Below are positions 41,271 through 55,610 of a stretch of DNA of 64,000 nucleotides, one piece after another; the stretch's first letter is position 1; every line of letters begins with the position of its first letter. The notes under the pieces are model-generated. The model saw only the letters and a list, made by a program, of their open reading frames with translations. It had not been told where the DNA came from and did no database searches. A program made the translations under genes and the position numbers. Source of the stretch: the human T2T-CHM13v2.0 reference genome, Homo sapiens; assembly GCF_009914755.1 (NCBI RefSeq), contig NC_060925.1; one strand, written 5' to 3'.

Positions 41271-43733
41271 AATTGAGTTTACATAAAGCTCTTATAAAAG
41301 CTCCTAGGTTTACATCAACCTAAATTTCTTGCCAAATGGACATTTTGAATTTAAAAAGTATTACTGACAAAAATATTCATGCAATGACATTTCAGGACAT
41401 TCATACAAGTTTCTGAAGTTCTGAAAAATCTCTTCAAAACTACCCAAGTCCCTCTTAAAGTATCAGCTATTCTGCCATCCCACTGGCAGGAAATGGGCTA
41501 AGTGTCTCTGCTCATTTAAGAAGTGATTTGAGCAAAAGGTAACATTCCCAGCAGTCTGAGAGTCTATCAAAGTCTCCTGCTCACAGAAAAGGACTGGATT
41601 TTCTTCCATGCTGCTGTCACTTCACTTGCTCTACACATGTGACAAGTCAAAGTGTAAGATTTCCTTTACAAAGACTTTTGAGAGGTCCTCTGATCATAGA
41701 CATGACATTAGAAAGACAGGGAAACCTGAAGCCAATAGTAAAGAAAGAAATCTGTCCCACTGTATTTTGAAAAATTGGTCTTCCTTTTCCACTCAGGCTT
41801 ATCCATAAGGATTTTCCCATCACTACGTGGTAGCTGTGAGTCTGGAGTCTTTGTATGTATTTGGCAGAACTGAGGTGAGGGAAGGCATATTCCTATTCCT
41901 ACAAAATGAAGTTTAAGGCTCTTTCCTTTTTTTTAATGGAAGTATTTGAAATCAAAGTACTTGAATAAAGTACTGTGAAAAATAGATTTCCATGAACCAG
42001 GCAGAATAAACAATGTGTTAGCTATTTCCACATCACAATGGCTCCATTTTCCTCTCTCAACCAAAAGTCAATAATCTCAGTGTTTTCACATCAACGAATT
42101 TGTTTTCTTTTGAGCCAGCTACTTTAGGCCTAAGGTTAAACACCATTCTGTAAGTGTTAATCACAATTGTATTTCTTCTCATTCCAACAGGTCATAATCT
42201 GTCCCTCCAACACCACCATTCTCCCCCTTATCCACCAGTTCCCCGGGGAACAGGCATCATTCTTGAATTTATTATTCTTTTGTTGTATTTTTTCCCAGTT
42301 ACTAGAATAAGAATGAAGTCATCTGGTTAAACAAGTGTATTTCCCAATCAAGAAAAACCAGGCCATTCCCTTCCATAGGATAGCCACTGTGAGCTGTGGT
42401 CATTTAGAGATCTATTATTGAGCATGTGATCTATGAAACCGAAGCAGACGGCACTAGAAAGGTTGCCATATTCTACTAACGTGTTTAATGATGTAAGCAA
42501 GTATGGAAACTGTGAAACTGAAGTGCTTAACTTCTATAATCTAGCTGCATTCATGGAATTCATTGCTTGAATTAGGGTCCATGAAGGATAGGAAAACTAG
42601 CATAAAATAAGATATTTTGTTATATATTTCTTTGAAGTGCAAGCTATAAGCCAGTCTATTCTATCACTCTCTGTACACCTCAACTGTTTTTCTTCCTTTG
42701 GTCTCTGCCTAAACAGTGTCAGTCAGGTTCCTACTAAAAGATTGGCAGTGATACAGAAGATAGTTGGGAGGTACGATAGCATTCGAACGCTATGATTTAG
42801 CCATGTGGAATCCACCCTGTCTCAGATAGGGAGCTTGCAAGTGCTGGCATGTCTCTCTGTGCTGGTCTGCCAGCCTCCACACATTATGTTTTGAAAGCAC
42901 TTCCTCCAACTGCCGCTGAACTGGCAGGGCGGATCTCCTGTGGATCAGTTTGTCCATTCTCTCAGTCCTGCTTAAGCACAGTGTTCTGTTGTCTGTCAAC
43001 CTTCTGTTCTAGACCAGGCCCCGCCCTTGACCTACCAAGAAAGCTGGGAGCTATTGGAAAGAAAGAGCCCTATTAATGATGCATACCATACAGCCAGGCA
43101 TCTGAGTCTTCCCCACCTTTCCAGCCATATCCCACTGGCTTTGGACCAGCAATAGGCAGGGACAAAGCAGAAGACATATGATAATTTGGTTTGTTTAAAA
43201 CAGATAGCTTGACTGAATGTACACTGGGCACCTTGCATATCCTGTGCACATGCAATACATACCAGAATCTCTTCTGGTGCTCATGAAACCCAGAGATCAT
43301 CTCTCTCTGCACCCAACCCAGAGCTATCAGTGACATCTCATGAGATGTCCTTTTGATTCATTCCAGTGGAAGAATATTATTTTAATGCCCTCTAAATACA
43401 AAGTAAAATCAATAGTTGTTTTCAACTACCATCTCTTTGCCCAAAACCATCTAGAATCTCAAGATCGTACAGATGTGGTATAAGGTATGATCCCTCCCCC
43501 TGAAAGTACCTAAAATTCTATTAAGGAGACAAGACCATACCCAGAGCCATGTGAGAACAGTAAGTGGTGATAAATTAAATACAATGGCATAGGTCTTAGT
43601 AATATGAGTGATAAGAATTTTAAGAAAGAAAAGATACAAGTGAGGCGGAAGTGCTGGGGGAATGCTTCATGAAGGAGATTGAGCTTAAAGGATTAATTTA
43701 TAGTATTTTGCTTTGTAGAAAAAGTCAGGAAGT

Positions 43734-45657
<1,924 letters not shown>

Positions 45658-45769
45658 AAAAAGTCAGGAAGTAGAAAAACTGAGTGCATCATAATGAAAG
45701 GCTTTGACTTTTTCAAGGGACAGTTGAACAGAAAGTATCTTTTGCCAAAGTATATACTGGTAATGATAA

Positions 45770-46012
45770 CAGTAAGAGTTACCACTTAATGAACACTTAC
45801 TGTTCCACATTCATAGTGTAATATAATATATGCCATACTGTATAATGACATTTAATCTACATAGTAAACTCAGATACTATCATTAGCCTCATGTAAAGGA
45901 TAATGAAACTAAGTTTAAATTGGCTATGTAGTTTCTCAAAATCACAGCAAGCAGCAGTGTTAAGATTCAAACAGGGCTCTACTGGACTCCTGAACCAAGA
46001 CCTTGACCTGCT
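45770..46012 (-). mobile_element. MIR
   Basis: aatgaacacttac...atgaaactaag...gattcaaacaggg. Confidence 0.65.
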
Positions 46013-46929
46013 TCACTAATACCTCATGCTTTATTAATATTTCCCACAGAAAACAGTGTTTACTAGTTGTTCAAAAAATTCCCAGTCAGAACCCACCCAT
46101 GTTGCTTAAGGTATCTAAAACCTCCATCCTTGAATGACATTAGTTTAGGGAATGATGATAGCAAAGCCCACCTTAGGAGAGCACCGTTCTCATTTGGTCA
46201 TTGATTTTCTTAGTAAATAGACTGTGGTGACCTCTTGGTGAAGAATGTAGATTCTGGGGCCTAGACAGTTAGAGTGCTGCTCACTATAGTCTAGAGTAGT
46301 CCCAGAATTTACAACCTAGCTTTAGGTGATTAGCAGTCAAGAAAAGCCTTCAAGTTGTGGAGGGAAAGTATTCACTTAAGTCCCCACTGAGACCCTATAG
46401 GTTCCCTGGCTTGCTTTAGAACAAATGTAAATAACTCAGACCCACCTACTTGTGACTTGGCACAGTCTAGACATCTCAAACTGCTATACTATGGGGCAAG
46501 ACCCCTGGACCACCCAACCACCTAGAACAGCTTTGACATAGACTTCAAAAAAACCATCCATGGATCCATGTCTGTCTTCTCTTAATGCCTAACGCATCAT
46601 AATTTATTCATTTATTCAACAAATATTTATTGAGTGCCCACTAGTGCCAGTCCCTATTCTGCCACACAAGCAGTATCAGGAAAGGAGTCTGTCTCCTTTT
46701 TTCACTTTTTGTCCTTCCCCATCTTCATCCTTAGTGGGGAATGAGATATGTTGCCTAACCTAATAATATATTAAGGCTAATTCTTAGTTTTCCTAGGAAA
46801 GAACAAAAAATGGATCCCACTGGCCTTGTATATATTTTGGTGGCATCTGCACAGAACCAGGGAAGATTTCAAAGAGGTAAAACAGGAAGGAGGAGAGTTA
46901 GGGGGACAGGTCTAGAAAAGGAGTTTCTA

Positions 46930-47428
46930 GTGTCTACCTGTATTGCTTATTGATCAATAATTTTAAAAGTTACCTTCCAAAACTTTGAGACTTGAAACAA
47001 AAATAATCATTGATTATTTTTCAGGGTTTCTCCAGATAGATAAGAAATTCACAGTGTACTTAGGGGATGGCTTGTCTCTGCTCAAGGAATCTGGGTCTCA
47101 GCTGAGAGACTCACAGGCCAGGGACTAGAATACCTACATGTGGCTTCTTCATGTGGCCTGGGTTTCCTCATAATATAATAGCTGGATTCCATAGGCAAGC
47201 ATTCAACAGAGAGAGAGAGAGAGAGAAACAGAAGCTGTATGCTTTTTATGACCTAGCCTCATAAGTCACAAAGCATCACTTTCACCATACTTGATTAAAA
47301 CCCAGATTCACAGGATGAGGACATAGGACCCACTTCTTGGTGGGTGCAGTATAAGTCAAACTATAAGAAGAGTATATGGAATTGGAAGCTATTTGCATGG
47401 CTGTCTTTTAGAAAATACACTCTGCCAT
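46930..47428 (-). mobile_element. MLT1 (F/G/H-like) LTR
   Basis: acctacatgtggcttcttcatgtggcctggg...ttttatgacctagcctcataagtcaca motifs. Confidence 0.75.
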
Positions 47429-47529
47429 ACCACTGATAGCTGAACCTGAATGAACTACCGGATGATCCAATGTGCATGGTAACTATATGCTTTTGTACTC
47501 TCTCCTAAGCTCCACGCATATTGGGCATT

Positions 47530-48197
47530 TTTTGGTGGTAGACTATACCTATGTGCCCTTCCACATGCTACAGGATAGTGTTATTGGGCTGGCTGGATGG
47601 TTCTATTATCAACATCATTAAGCTGGAAACCAAAGTTCCCAGAATCCTCTTCCCTATTCTAGGTTCTAGGTCTGAGTTGGCCAAAAGAGAAACTTGCATG
47701 ATTTAGTAAGTGGAAGTAAAGCAGTAGGTATTTGTACTGAGATGTAGTGAGGGAGAGATGTAGAGTTGACCAGCAGGTTCAAACTTGTCTTTGTTCTCCT
47801 CCACTACACATCCAGCTCCTCTTCTTGACGGCTGACCCTGGTGACAAATGATAACCTCATGTCCACCACCAGATGCCTAGCTGTGGACCCACAGAGGTGG
47901 TAGCTCTACAGACGCAACTTTGTATAAACATTTACATGAGCTTCTATTCTTATTCCCACTTCAATGGCTGGACATGCTTAGCTTCTCAGATTTTCCCTAC
48001 GAACTTTGACTTCTCCATCTGTGAAAGTGCTTTAAAAGGAACAGTTAGTGACTCTTTTCTCATCCTCTAACTTCGGCTTTTTGACATTCACTCGTTCAGC
48101 TACTCCCACAATTTTTTAAAGGTCTGATTCTTATAATAAATCCCAGATTCCATAACATTCAATAGTAGTTTCAGCTTTCTGGCTGGACCCTAACACA
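47530..48197 (+). mobile_element. ERVL-type LTR (LTR33/LTR41-like)
   Basis: ttcccagaatcctcttccc motif; ends cttataataaatcc...ctggaccctaacaca. Confidence 0.55.
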
Positions 48198-48674
48198 GTT
48201 CCATATGGGAAATGCATGGGAACATCTGGATCAGTGATAGCGAATCCTTTTCCTGCCTGTTAAAATGATGTGAACACTGGGCCACAAAAAGGGCTTTTCA
48301 CTCAATTGTGTGCATCTATCTCATACAAGGGCCCAAGCCAAGTATTAGAGTATCTGCTGTTTGTCTTAACCTTGAAGATAAGCCATAGGAGGAAAAGAAT
48401 TTATGAATATAGGTTGCAAATAATGGTGTATTAAAACTGTTTCTCATGTTTCTTGCCCTCCTGAGGCTAAGTACTTACATTAACATGAGAGAACAGAGAA
48501 ATAATGGAGAGGTTGGGGAGACTTACAGGCATGATTTCTCTTTTTATTTTTAAGGATAAATTAATCCCATGGATATTTATTAGGGTCTCTTTTGCCACCT
48601 CTGGCTAAACTCTGTCAATGTCAAGCAAGGGAGATGAATAAGATATGAATTCTGCTAAAAACCTATAATCTATT

Positions 48675-48937
<263 letters not shown>

Positions 48938-48993
48938 CTAGTAAACAAGATGTCTAAAATGTAGATAACTCTGATGAAAATTAGATTTCTTTT

Positions 48994-51035
48994 AAAAGTG
49001 AGAGCAAGTTTATTAAGAAAGTAAGAGAATAAAAGAATGGCTACTCCATAGGCAGAGCAGCAGCTTGAGCTGCTGGCCTAAGGATACTTATAGTTATTTC
49101 TTGATTATATGCTGAACAAGGGGTGTATTGTTCATAAGTTTTCTGGGAAAGGGGTAGGCAATTCCTGGAGCTGAGTCCTCTCCTTTTTAGATCATAAAGG
49201 TGCCATGGCATCTATAAACTGTCATTGCACTGCTGGGAGTGTCTTTTAACACGCTAATGCATTACAATTAGCATATAATGAGCTGTGAGGATGACCAGAG
49301 GTCACTTTTGCCGCCACCTTGGTCTTAGTGGGTTTTGGCCGGCTTCTTTACTGCTAGCTGTTTTATCAGCAAGGTCTTTATGACCTTGTGTCAACCTCCT
49401 ATCTCATCCTGTGACTTAGATCGCCTAATCTCCTAGGAATGCATCCCAGTAGGTCTCAGCCTTATTTTACCCAGCCCCTATTCAAGATGGAATCACTCTT
49501 GTTCAGATGCCTCTGATGTATTTCACCCCTCCCTTTCATAAGAGAACCCTTAACCCTAAGGGTTGTAAAGGAACAGAGATCCATCTTCTGTAACTTCCTC
49601 AGGCTGAATAGGGGTAATGATATTCCTGCCTAACTACTAAGGTATCTTGTATTCGGGGTAGAGAGGAGTTCAGTCAGAAAGCTTCAGTATGATGAGGGCC
49701 ATTCATAACTTCAGTATGATGAGGGCCAGCTGACAAAAGGTGATATCTGGAAGATTAATAAATGTTTAAGAAAACATTCAGTAAGCTGTTTATCCTGCAT
49801 TCCTACACGAAGAGTACAATAGTGATACATTCCACAACAATAAAGCAAAATAAGCAAAATTATCCCAAGTAAACTAAATAAGAAAGTTTTCCATGAACTG
49901 GGTAAATGTTGGAACCAAGCTGCTACAGGGTTGCTAGCTGATTCCAATATGTGCCAAGAATTAGAATATTGATCCAGATTTTTACATCACCCATCTCTCT
50001 TGTTTCTTCTGAGCAGCAGTCAGATATCACTCATAGGCTCACAGGAATAAGCAGAGTTAGTCTAAATTGCAGAAAATAACTTAAAAAAAACTGATGAGAC
50101 TAGAATCTAAAAACAGGTGTACCATAGTTTGAAACATAATTTTTCTCTCTTCAGTTTCCCATTTTTACTAAAGACAAATCATGGTAAGACCGATTTGCTT
50201 TATTATACTTGGCCTGATTATTTGTATGAAGTGCAGCAAGAATAATTTTTCACAGAGGCTTTTTAAATTGGCTTCCATGGTACTTTGTTTCATAAAACGA
50301 ATCTTAGATAAGACTTTTTTAAAGCCTAGCCCAGCCATGGGTTTGTACTCTCAAATACCTATGAGTTGGATGAATTCCTCTTCTCTTGAGGTCCCAAGAT
50401 AACTTGGGGCTCCTGGGCCTGTCAGAAAGTGACATTCTTTACTTACCACAGGTCAGGAACCCTGTACATGGGTTGTGTAGACAAGACAAAACATGAGGCC
50501 AGTTTTCCCAAAGGGCTCTTATTGGCTCTATAAGTCAAGTTTGATTCCTTAAAGGAATACACACCATTCCAGTCAAAGCCTTGGTAAAATAACCAGTTGT
50601 GTCCTATTGCAAAAGAAACAGATTCTTGTTGCACTTATGCAAATAACTATACTGCCATAAGTTAAGAATACTTACAGTTTCTAAATTCTGGAGAAATCAG
50701 GTAGAAAGAAACAAATATGCTCCAAATTTTGTTCATAAGAGTATACTTTACTCAATTGCTACAAGCTGTAAATTGCTCAAAATAAAAGTTTCTTGACTCC
50801 AAAGTTGGCCAACTGGTGTGCACACAAATGATTTTCCGTTGGGTCGGGGTTCTCTTCAGTATAATCTCTTTGTGGTTCACCAGAAAGATGTTACCGTAAA
50901 GGGGTTCCAATCTAGACCCAAGAGAGGGTTCTTAGATCTCATGCAAGAAAGAATTCCAGAAGAGTCCATAGAGTAAAGTGAAAGCAAGTTTATTAAGAAA
51001 GTAAATGAATAAAAGAATGGCTACTCCATAGGCAG
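48994..51035 (-). mobile_element. MER41(B) ERV1 copy with mRNA structure R-U5-internal-U3-R (processed ERV pseudogene)
   Basis: 61-nt R repeat at 50975-51035 and 48995-49055; U5 only at the 5' end (to 50889); U3 only at the 3' end (to 49518); PBS region about 50866-50888; PPT 49521-49536; TSD-like 48983-48993 / 51044-51054. Confidence 0.88.
49141..49149. promoter_or_regulatory. GAS (STAT) motif in MER41 U3
   Basis: TTCTGGGAA fits TTCN3GAA; the second MER41B site at 49162-49170 is degenerate (TTCCTGGAG); activity unknown. Confidence 0.55.
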
Positions 51036-52563
51036 GGTGGAGAAGATATTTTTTAATGTGATGTGAGAAGTTCAAACATGGTAAATTAAGAGTTTACAAC
51101 CAAATGAATTGCTTCTGGTATGTTACTGAGTTCATGCTCACTGGGTTCAGAGGGAGTTTCTTTGGTATTTGAGCAGGGCCAGAAAAAATTAGTAATATTT
51201 TATTCATTCAACAAATATTTTATTTATCTTACTGTTTTATTTCATCTCTTTTATACCAACACATAATTAGATATTATGTAGATGTATAAATATTATCATA
51301 TAGCCACACCTGGAGCTATGACTTGGAATTCAGAACCTTTATTTTGAAAGTGTTAGGAAACCATATACGCAAAAGGCAAGATGATATTCCACCTTTCTGG
51401 GACTTGAGGCCCTATAAAGCTAGGAAAATCTAGAATCATGAGGAGAGGAAGTATATCTTGGCAATGGACAAGTCTACAACAACACTGCTACCCATCAGCT
51501 GTGAGTTCCAAAGGTCACAAAAGCCACACCTTAGTTCACACAACCCACCAAACCCGAAGTGGAGCAACACACTCCTAGACCTTGAGAGAATGATTTGCCT
51601 AAGAAAACAAGGACAACAGTGGGAGTCTGTTAGAAAGAGCTTCCTCTATACGACCAAGGGAAAAAGAACAGAACAGCTTCTGTTTCCAGTGCAGCGACCC
51701 TTTGTGAGAGAACATGCTCACCTTTGTTTTCCTACCTTTCCAATCTGGCTCTTCTTCATCAAGCTGAACCTCTTTGATCCCTGCCAGCAGGCACAGCTTG
51801 AGCTGCCACCTTCCAGACATCCCCTAGCACTCTGCATCATTGTCCTGTCCTATGGTAAAGCAGCAGGTGTCTACCACACACTCGGACCTCAGCCCAAGAC
51901 CAGAGGAGCTTATGTCTCAGTTATTCCATAGGAGTAGAACTGTAAATCTTCATTGCAAAATAAAATTTCCAAGTCAGAACCAATCTTAAATCTTGGATTT
52001 CCTGAAAGAATGAGTAGAGCACTCAGGAAGGGGTTAGATTACAGAGTCCCTAATGCAGACACAATCAGTTTTCTGGCCTAGCCAGAGTTGTCAGGAGAAG
52101 TGAAGAGCCTTTCACACAACAAACTCAGCCTCCATGTCTTTTCCCCAATACTGTAGCTAGACAAAATTATCCTATTAACAATGGGCTGGGCAGAGGTGGA
52201 ATTTATTAAATGAAACTATTCATTAAAGTGGTATTATATTTTAAAGGCAGTGCTATCAAAGGGATTAGAACAGAGAAGGTCAAGGACAAATCAAAAGTGC
52301 TCAATCCCACTACTGTTTATGGGCTTCTAATGCCCTCTAGAACATTGTTCCAAGTCACATATGCTCTAAAGCAACATCAAAGTCAGACAACATCATCTTG
52401 ACCTTCTTCATTGAATGCATTCGAAATCCAGCACTCTAACCATATAAACTCTAAAAGAATATGCTAAATGAAAAATCAGTTTAAGTTTTTGTAGACTGTA
52501 AGAATCAAGGACCCTGGGATGAGACATAGACAGAGTACGAAGACAGACATTCGTAGATTAGAG

Positions 52564-52793
52564 CAGTAGTTCTCAGCTGGGGGTAATTTTGTCCCCCCCA
52601 GGGCATATTTGGCAAAACTGGAGACATTTTGGGTCATCACAACTTGGAGGAAAGGAAGATGCTACTGGGATATCGTGGGTTGAGGCCAGGGATGCTGGAG
52701 AACATCCTGCAATGCAAAAGATAATCCCCTTCCCCCTAACAAATAATTATCTGGCCCCAAATGTCAATAGTTCTGAGACTGAGAGAAATCCTA
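52564..52793 (+). mobile_element. MER20
   Basis: cagtagttctca...ggagacattttggg...gaggccagggatgctg...ccccaaatgtcaatagt. Confidence 0.88.
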
Positions 52794-53490
52794 TACTAGA
52801 GCCATCAAAAGTTAACAGGTCTTTTCAGCAATTGTGAATGTTAAAGTTTAACAATTCCAATCTAAGTTCACATTTTAAGCCCCCCTCATCTTCCCTAAGG
52901 CCTTGTTCCAATCACAGTACTGACAAATAAAATAGAGAAAGAGGAGGTCAAAACTCAAAGCTGTGCTTATAAGCAAAATAAGCATCCCTGTGAACTGAAC
53001 CAGGCAGCAATGTGAAATGGAGAGCCTTCCGGACTCTGTATACAAGGATAGGCAGTGGCAGCCAGGAGTTTGGGTCCTACACAACAATGGAAAAAGTGGA
53101 GAATTAAACAAGTATCACTGTATGAAACCAGGTTGTAAAATAAGTTGAGAAAAGCTGCCACGTACAGCTCTTTGAGACAATAGCTTGCAGGAAGTGGAAT
53201 GCTCGGAGGAGGTAAAAGAAACATACACAGACTCATGACCAGGATCTGAGCCTAGTCATTCAGAGCCTTAATTTGTCATATCCTTAATAACACCATGGGA
53301 TAGAAACCTCAGCCATCTATATGAGATGTGTTCTGGGCTTTGGGCCAAGCAGCCAGTGACAGCAACTACAACTAGACAGCAGAGAATGTGAGAGAATAAA
53401 TCCACACATCATATTCCAAAACACATGAAGAAAACTAGCACTAAGGAAGTTACTTAAAAAAAATCAACAGAGCATAAATTCACTCAGGAT

Positions 53491-53715
53491 CAGTGGTTCT
53501 CAACTAAGAATGACTTTTTTCAACCACAGAGAACAACTAGCAATGACTGGAGACATGTTTGGCCATCTCAAATGAAGGGGTAGAGGTGTTATTGTCATGT
53601 AGTAGTAGGCAGAATCCATGGATGCTGCTAAACACGTTAAGTGCACAGGACAACCCACTACAACAAAGAATGGCCTGGCCTAAAATGCCAATAGTGCTGA
53701 AATTGAGAAACCCTG
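53491..53715 (+). mobile_element. MER20
   Basis: cagtggttctcaac...ggatgctgctaaacac...aatagtgctgaaattgagaaaccctg. Confidence 0.88.
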
Positions 53716-55315
53716 TTGTAGATGTAAAAAACATAATGGAAATGTCTAAAGTCTGCAAAGAGGTAACTGAGGAAATAACATCCATTTTGTAAATGAAAAA
53801 ATTTTAAAACAAAATCAGAGAAGTAAAACAAGTGAATGTAAAATGAATGCATTAATGTGTCAGACATTTAAAATATTGTCACTGGTATTTAAAAATTCAA
53901 GCATGATAAAGCCTAAACAACACAGAAAATTAATACATTAGAAAATTAGTATGTAGTACTGGAAAAAGTTACCAAAATTCAAAAAAATAAAATAAAAAGA
54001 TTCTAGACAAATATAAAAATGAAAAGAACTGAAGGACAAATTAAGGGTCTCTAACTCCTAGTAGCAGTGTCAATGATAGAGTATTAGAGGGAATGGTTTT
54101 GATGCAGTATTCAGGGAGATCATGGCTACAGTCACTTAAAATATGGAAAAGGCTGTGAGCACTCATTAAAAGAGCAGTCTAAGTGCTCAGTCAGGATAAA
54201 CTAAGATAAATCTGCATCCAAACACAAGAACAAATCAGAAGAATATCACTGTGTAAAGAGAAAGCTTTTTAAAGCTGCAAAAGAAAAAGATAAAATACCT
54301 AAAAAGTCATAACTGTCAACACTTTTCTTCACATCTTCATTGTCAGCAGATTTTTCATCGGTATGAATAGATGCCAGAAAATAATGGAGTAATATCTCCT
54401 AAAAGCTTAGGGCCAATAATGCTCAAGCTAAATTCTACACCCAGAAAAACTATCTTTCAAGAGTATGAGCAAAATAAAAATACCCTCAGAAATAATAAGA
54501 ATACTCACTGACTGCATAAACAAGTTTCTATATGTGAGTGGAGAGAGAGACAAATGTCTGTGTATGTATGTAAGATATACACATCTGTACATATATATAC
54601 ATTCTTACAGGCATAATTGTATATAATCATGTATATTTGTATATACAATGCATGTGTATGTGTGTGTACGTATGTATGTGTGTGTAAAATTTTAATTTCT
54701 AAACCAGGAGAAGAACAAAAAGAGGAAGGATATAGAAAACTCTATCACTTCAACAGAGAAAGAGAAGAAAGGAGGAAAGGTAAGAAGGGAGGGAGGGAGA
54801 AAGAAAGGAAATAAAAAAGAAGAAAAAAGCAAAGAAAAAGAATAATAACCGAAACACACATATAAGATGGTAGAAACAAATCCAAACATACCAATAATCA
54901 TAATTAATGTAAATACATTAAACCAGCCATTAAATAACAGATATCATCAAGAAAAAAATATATATATGTGCAGTTTTAAAAAACACATTAAAAGTATACA
55001 GAAAGTTTGAAGATAATGGGCTAAAAAAGATGTATCATAAGAATACTAACCCAAGAAAGCTCATGTTTCAAACAAGAAATATTTTAAAGGGAAATAACTA
55101 CAAGAAAAACGGTGGGCACAAATAATAAAAAAGAGCATTCCACTAAGTTACAATAATAAACACATATACATCTAACAATTTGGCCTCAAATTTATAAAGC
55201 TAAAACTAATAGAATAATGAGAACTAAACAAAATAACAATGACAGTGGACAATTTTTAAATACCTCTATCAGAAACATATCAAGCAGAAAAAGAAACTGA
55301 GATTTAGAAAACTGA

Positions 55316-55610
55316 GGCTGGGCACAGTGGCTCATGCCTGTAATCCCAGCATTTTGAGAGGCTGAGGCAGACAGATTGCTTAAGTTTAGGAGTTTGAGGC
55401 CAGTCTGGGCAACATGGAAAAAACCTACCTCTACAAAAGATACAAAAGTTAGCTGGGCATGGTGGCATGCACCTGTAGCCCCAGCTACTTGGGAGGCTGA
55501 GGTGAGAGGATCTCTTGAGCCTGGGAGGTCAAGGCTACAGTGAGCCATGATTGCACCCCTGTACTCCAGCCTGGGCAACAGAGCAAGACCCTGTCTCAAA
55601 AAAAGAAAAA
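55316..55610 (+). mobile_element. AluJ
   Basis: J diagnostics; TSD agaaaactga / agaaaattca. Confidence 0.93.

Noticed and set aside
51458-51931. 157-aa ORF
   Set aside because: Starts at TTG, has no recognisable homology, and its length is compatible with chance.
52564-53715. Two same-orientation MER20 copies as a composite transposon
   Set aside because: The copies are diverged from each other, share no outer TSD, and the second sits within an L1; independent insertions.
55192-55599. 135-aa ORF and similar Alu-frame ORFs (1350, 5407, 13003, 20393, 24776, 32365, 44601, 58212)
   Set aside because: Typical Alu-derived translations, not genes.
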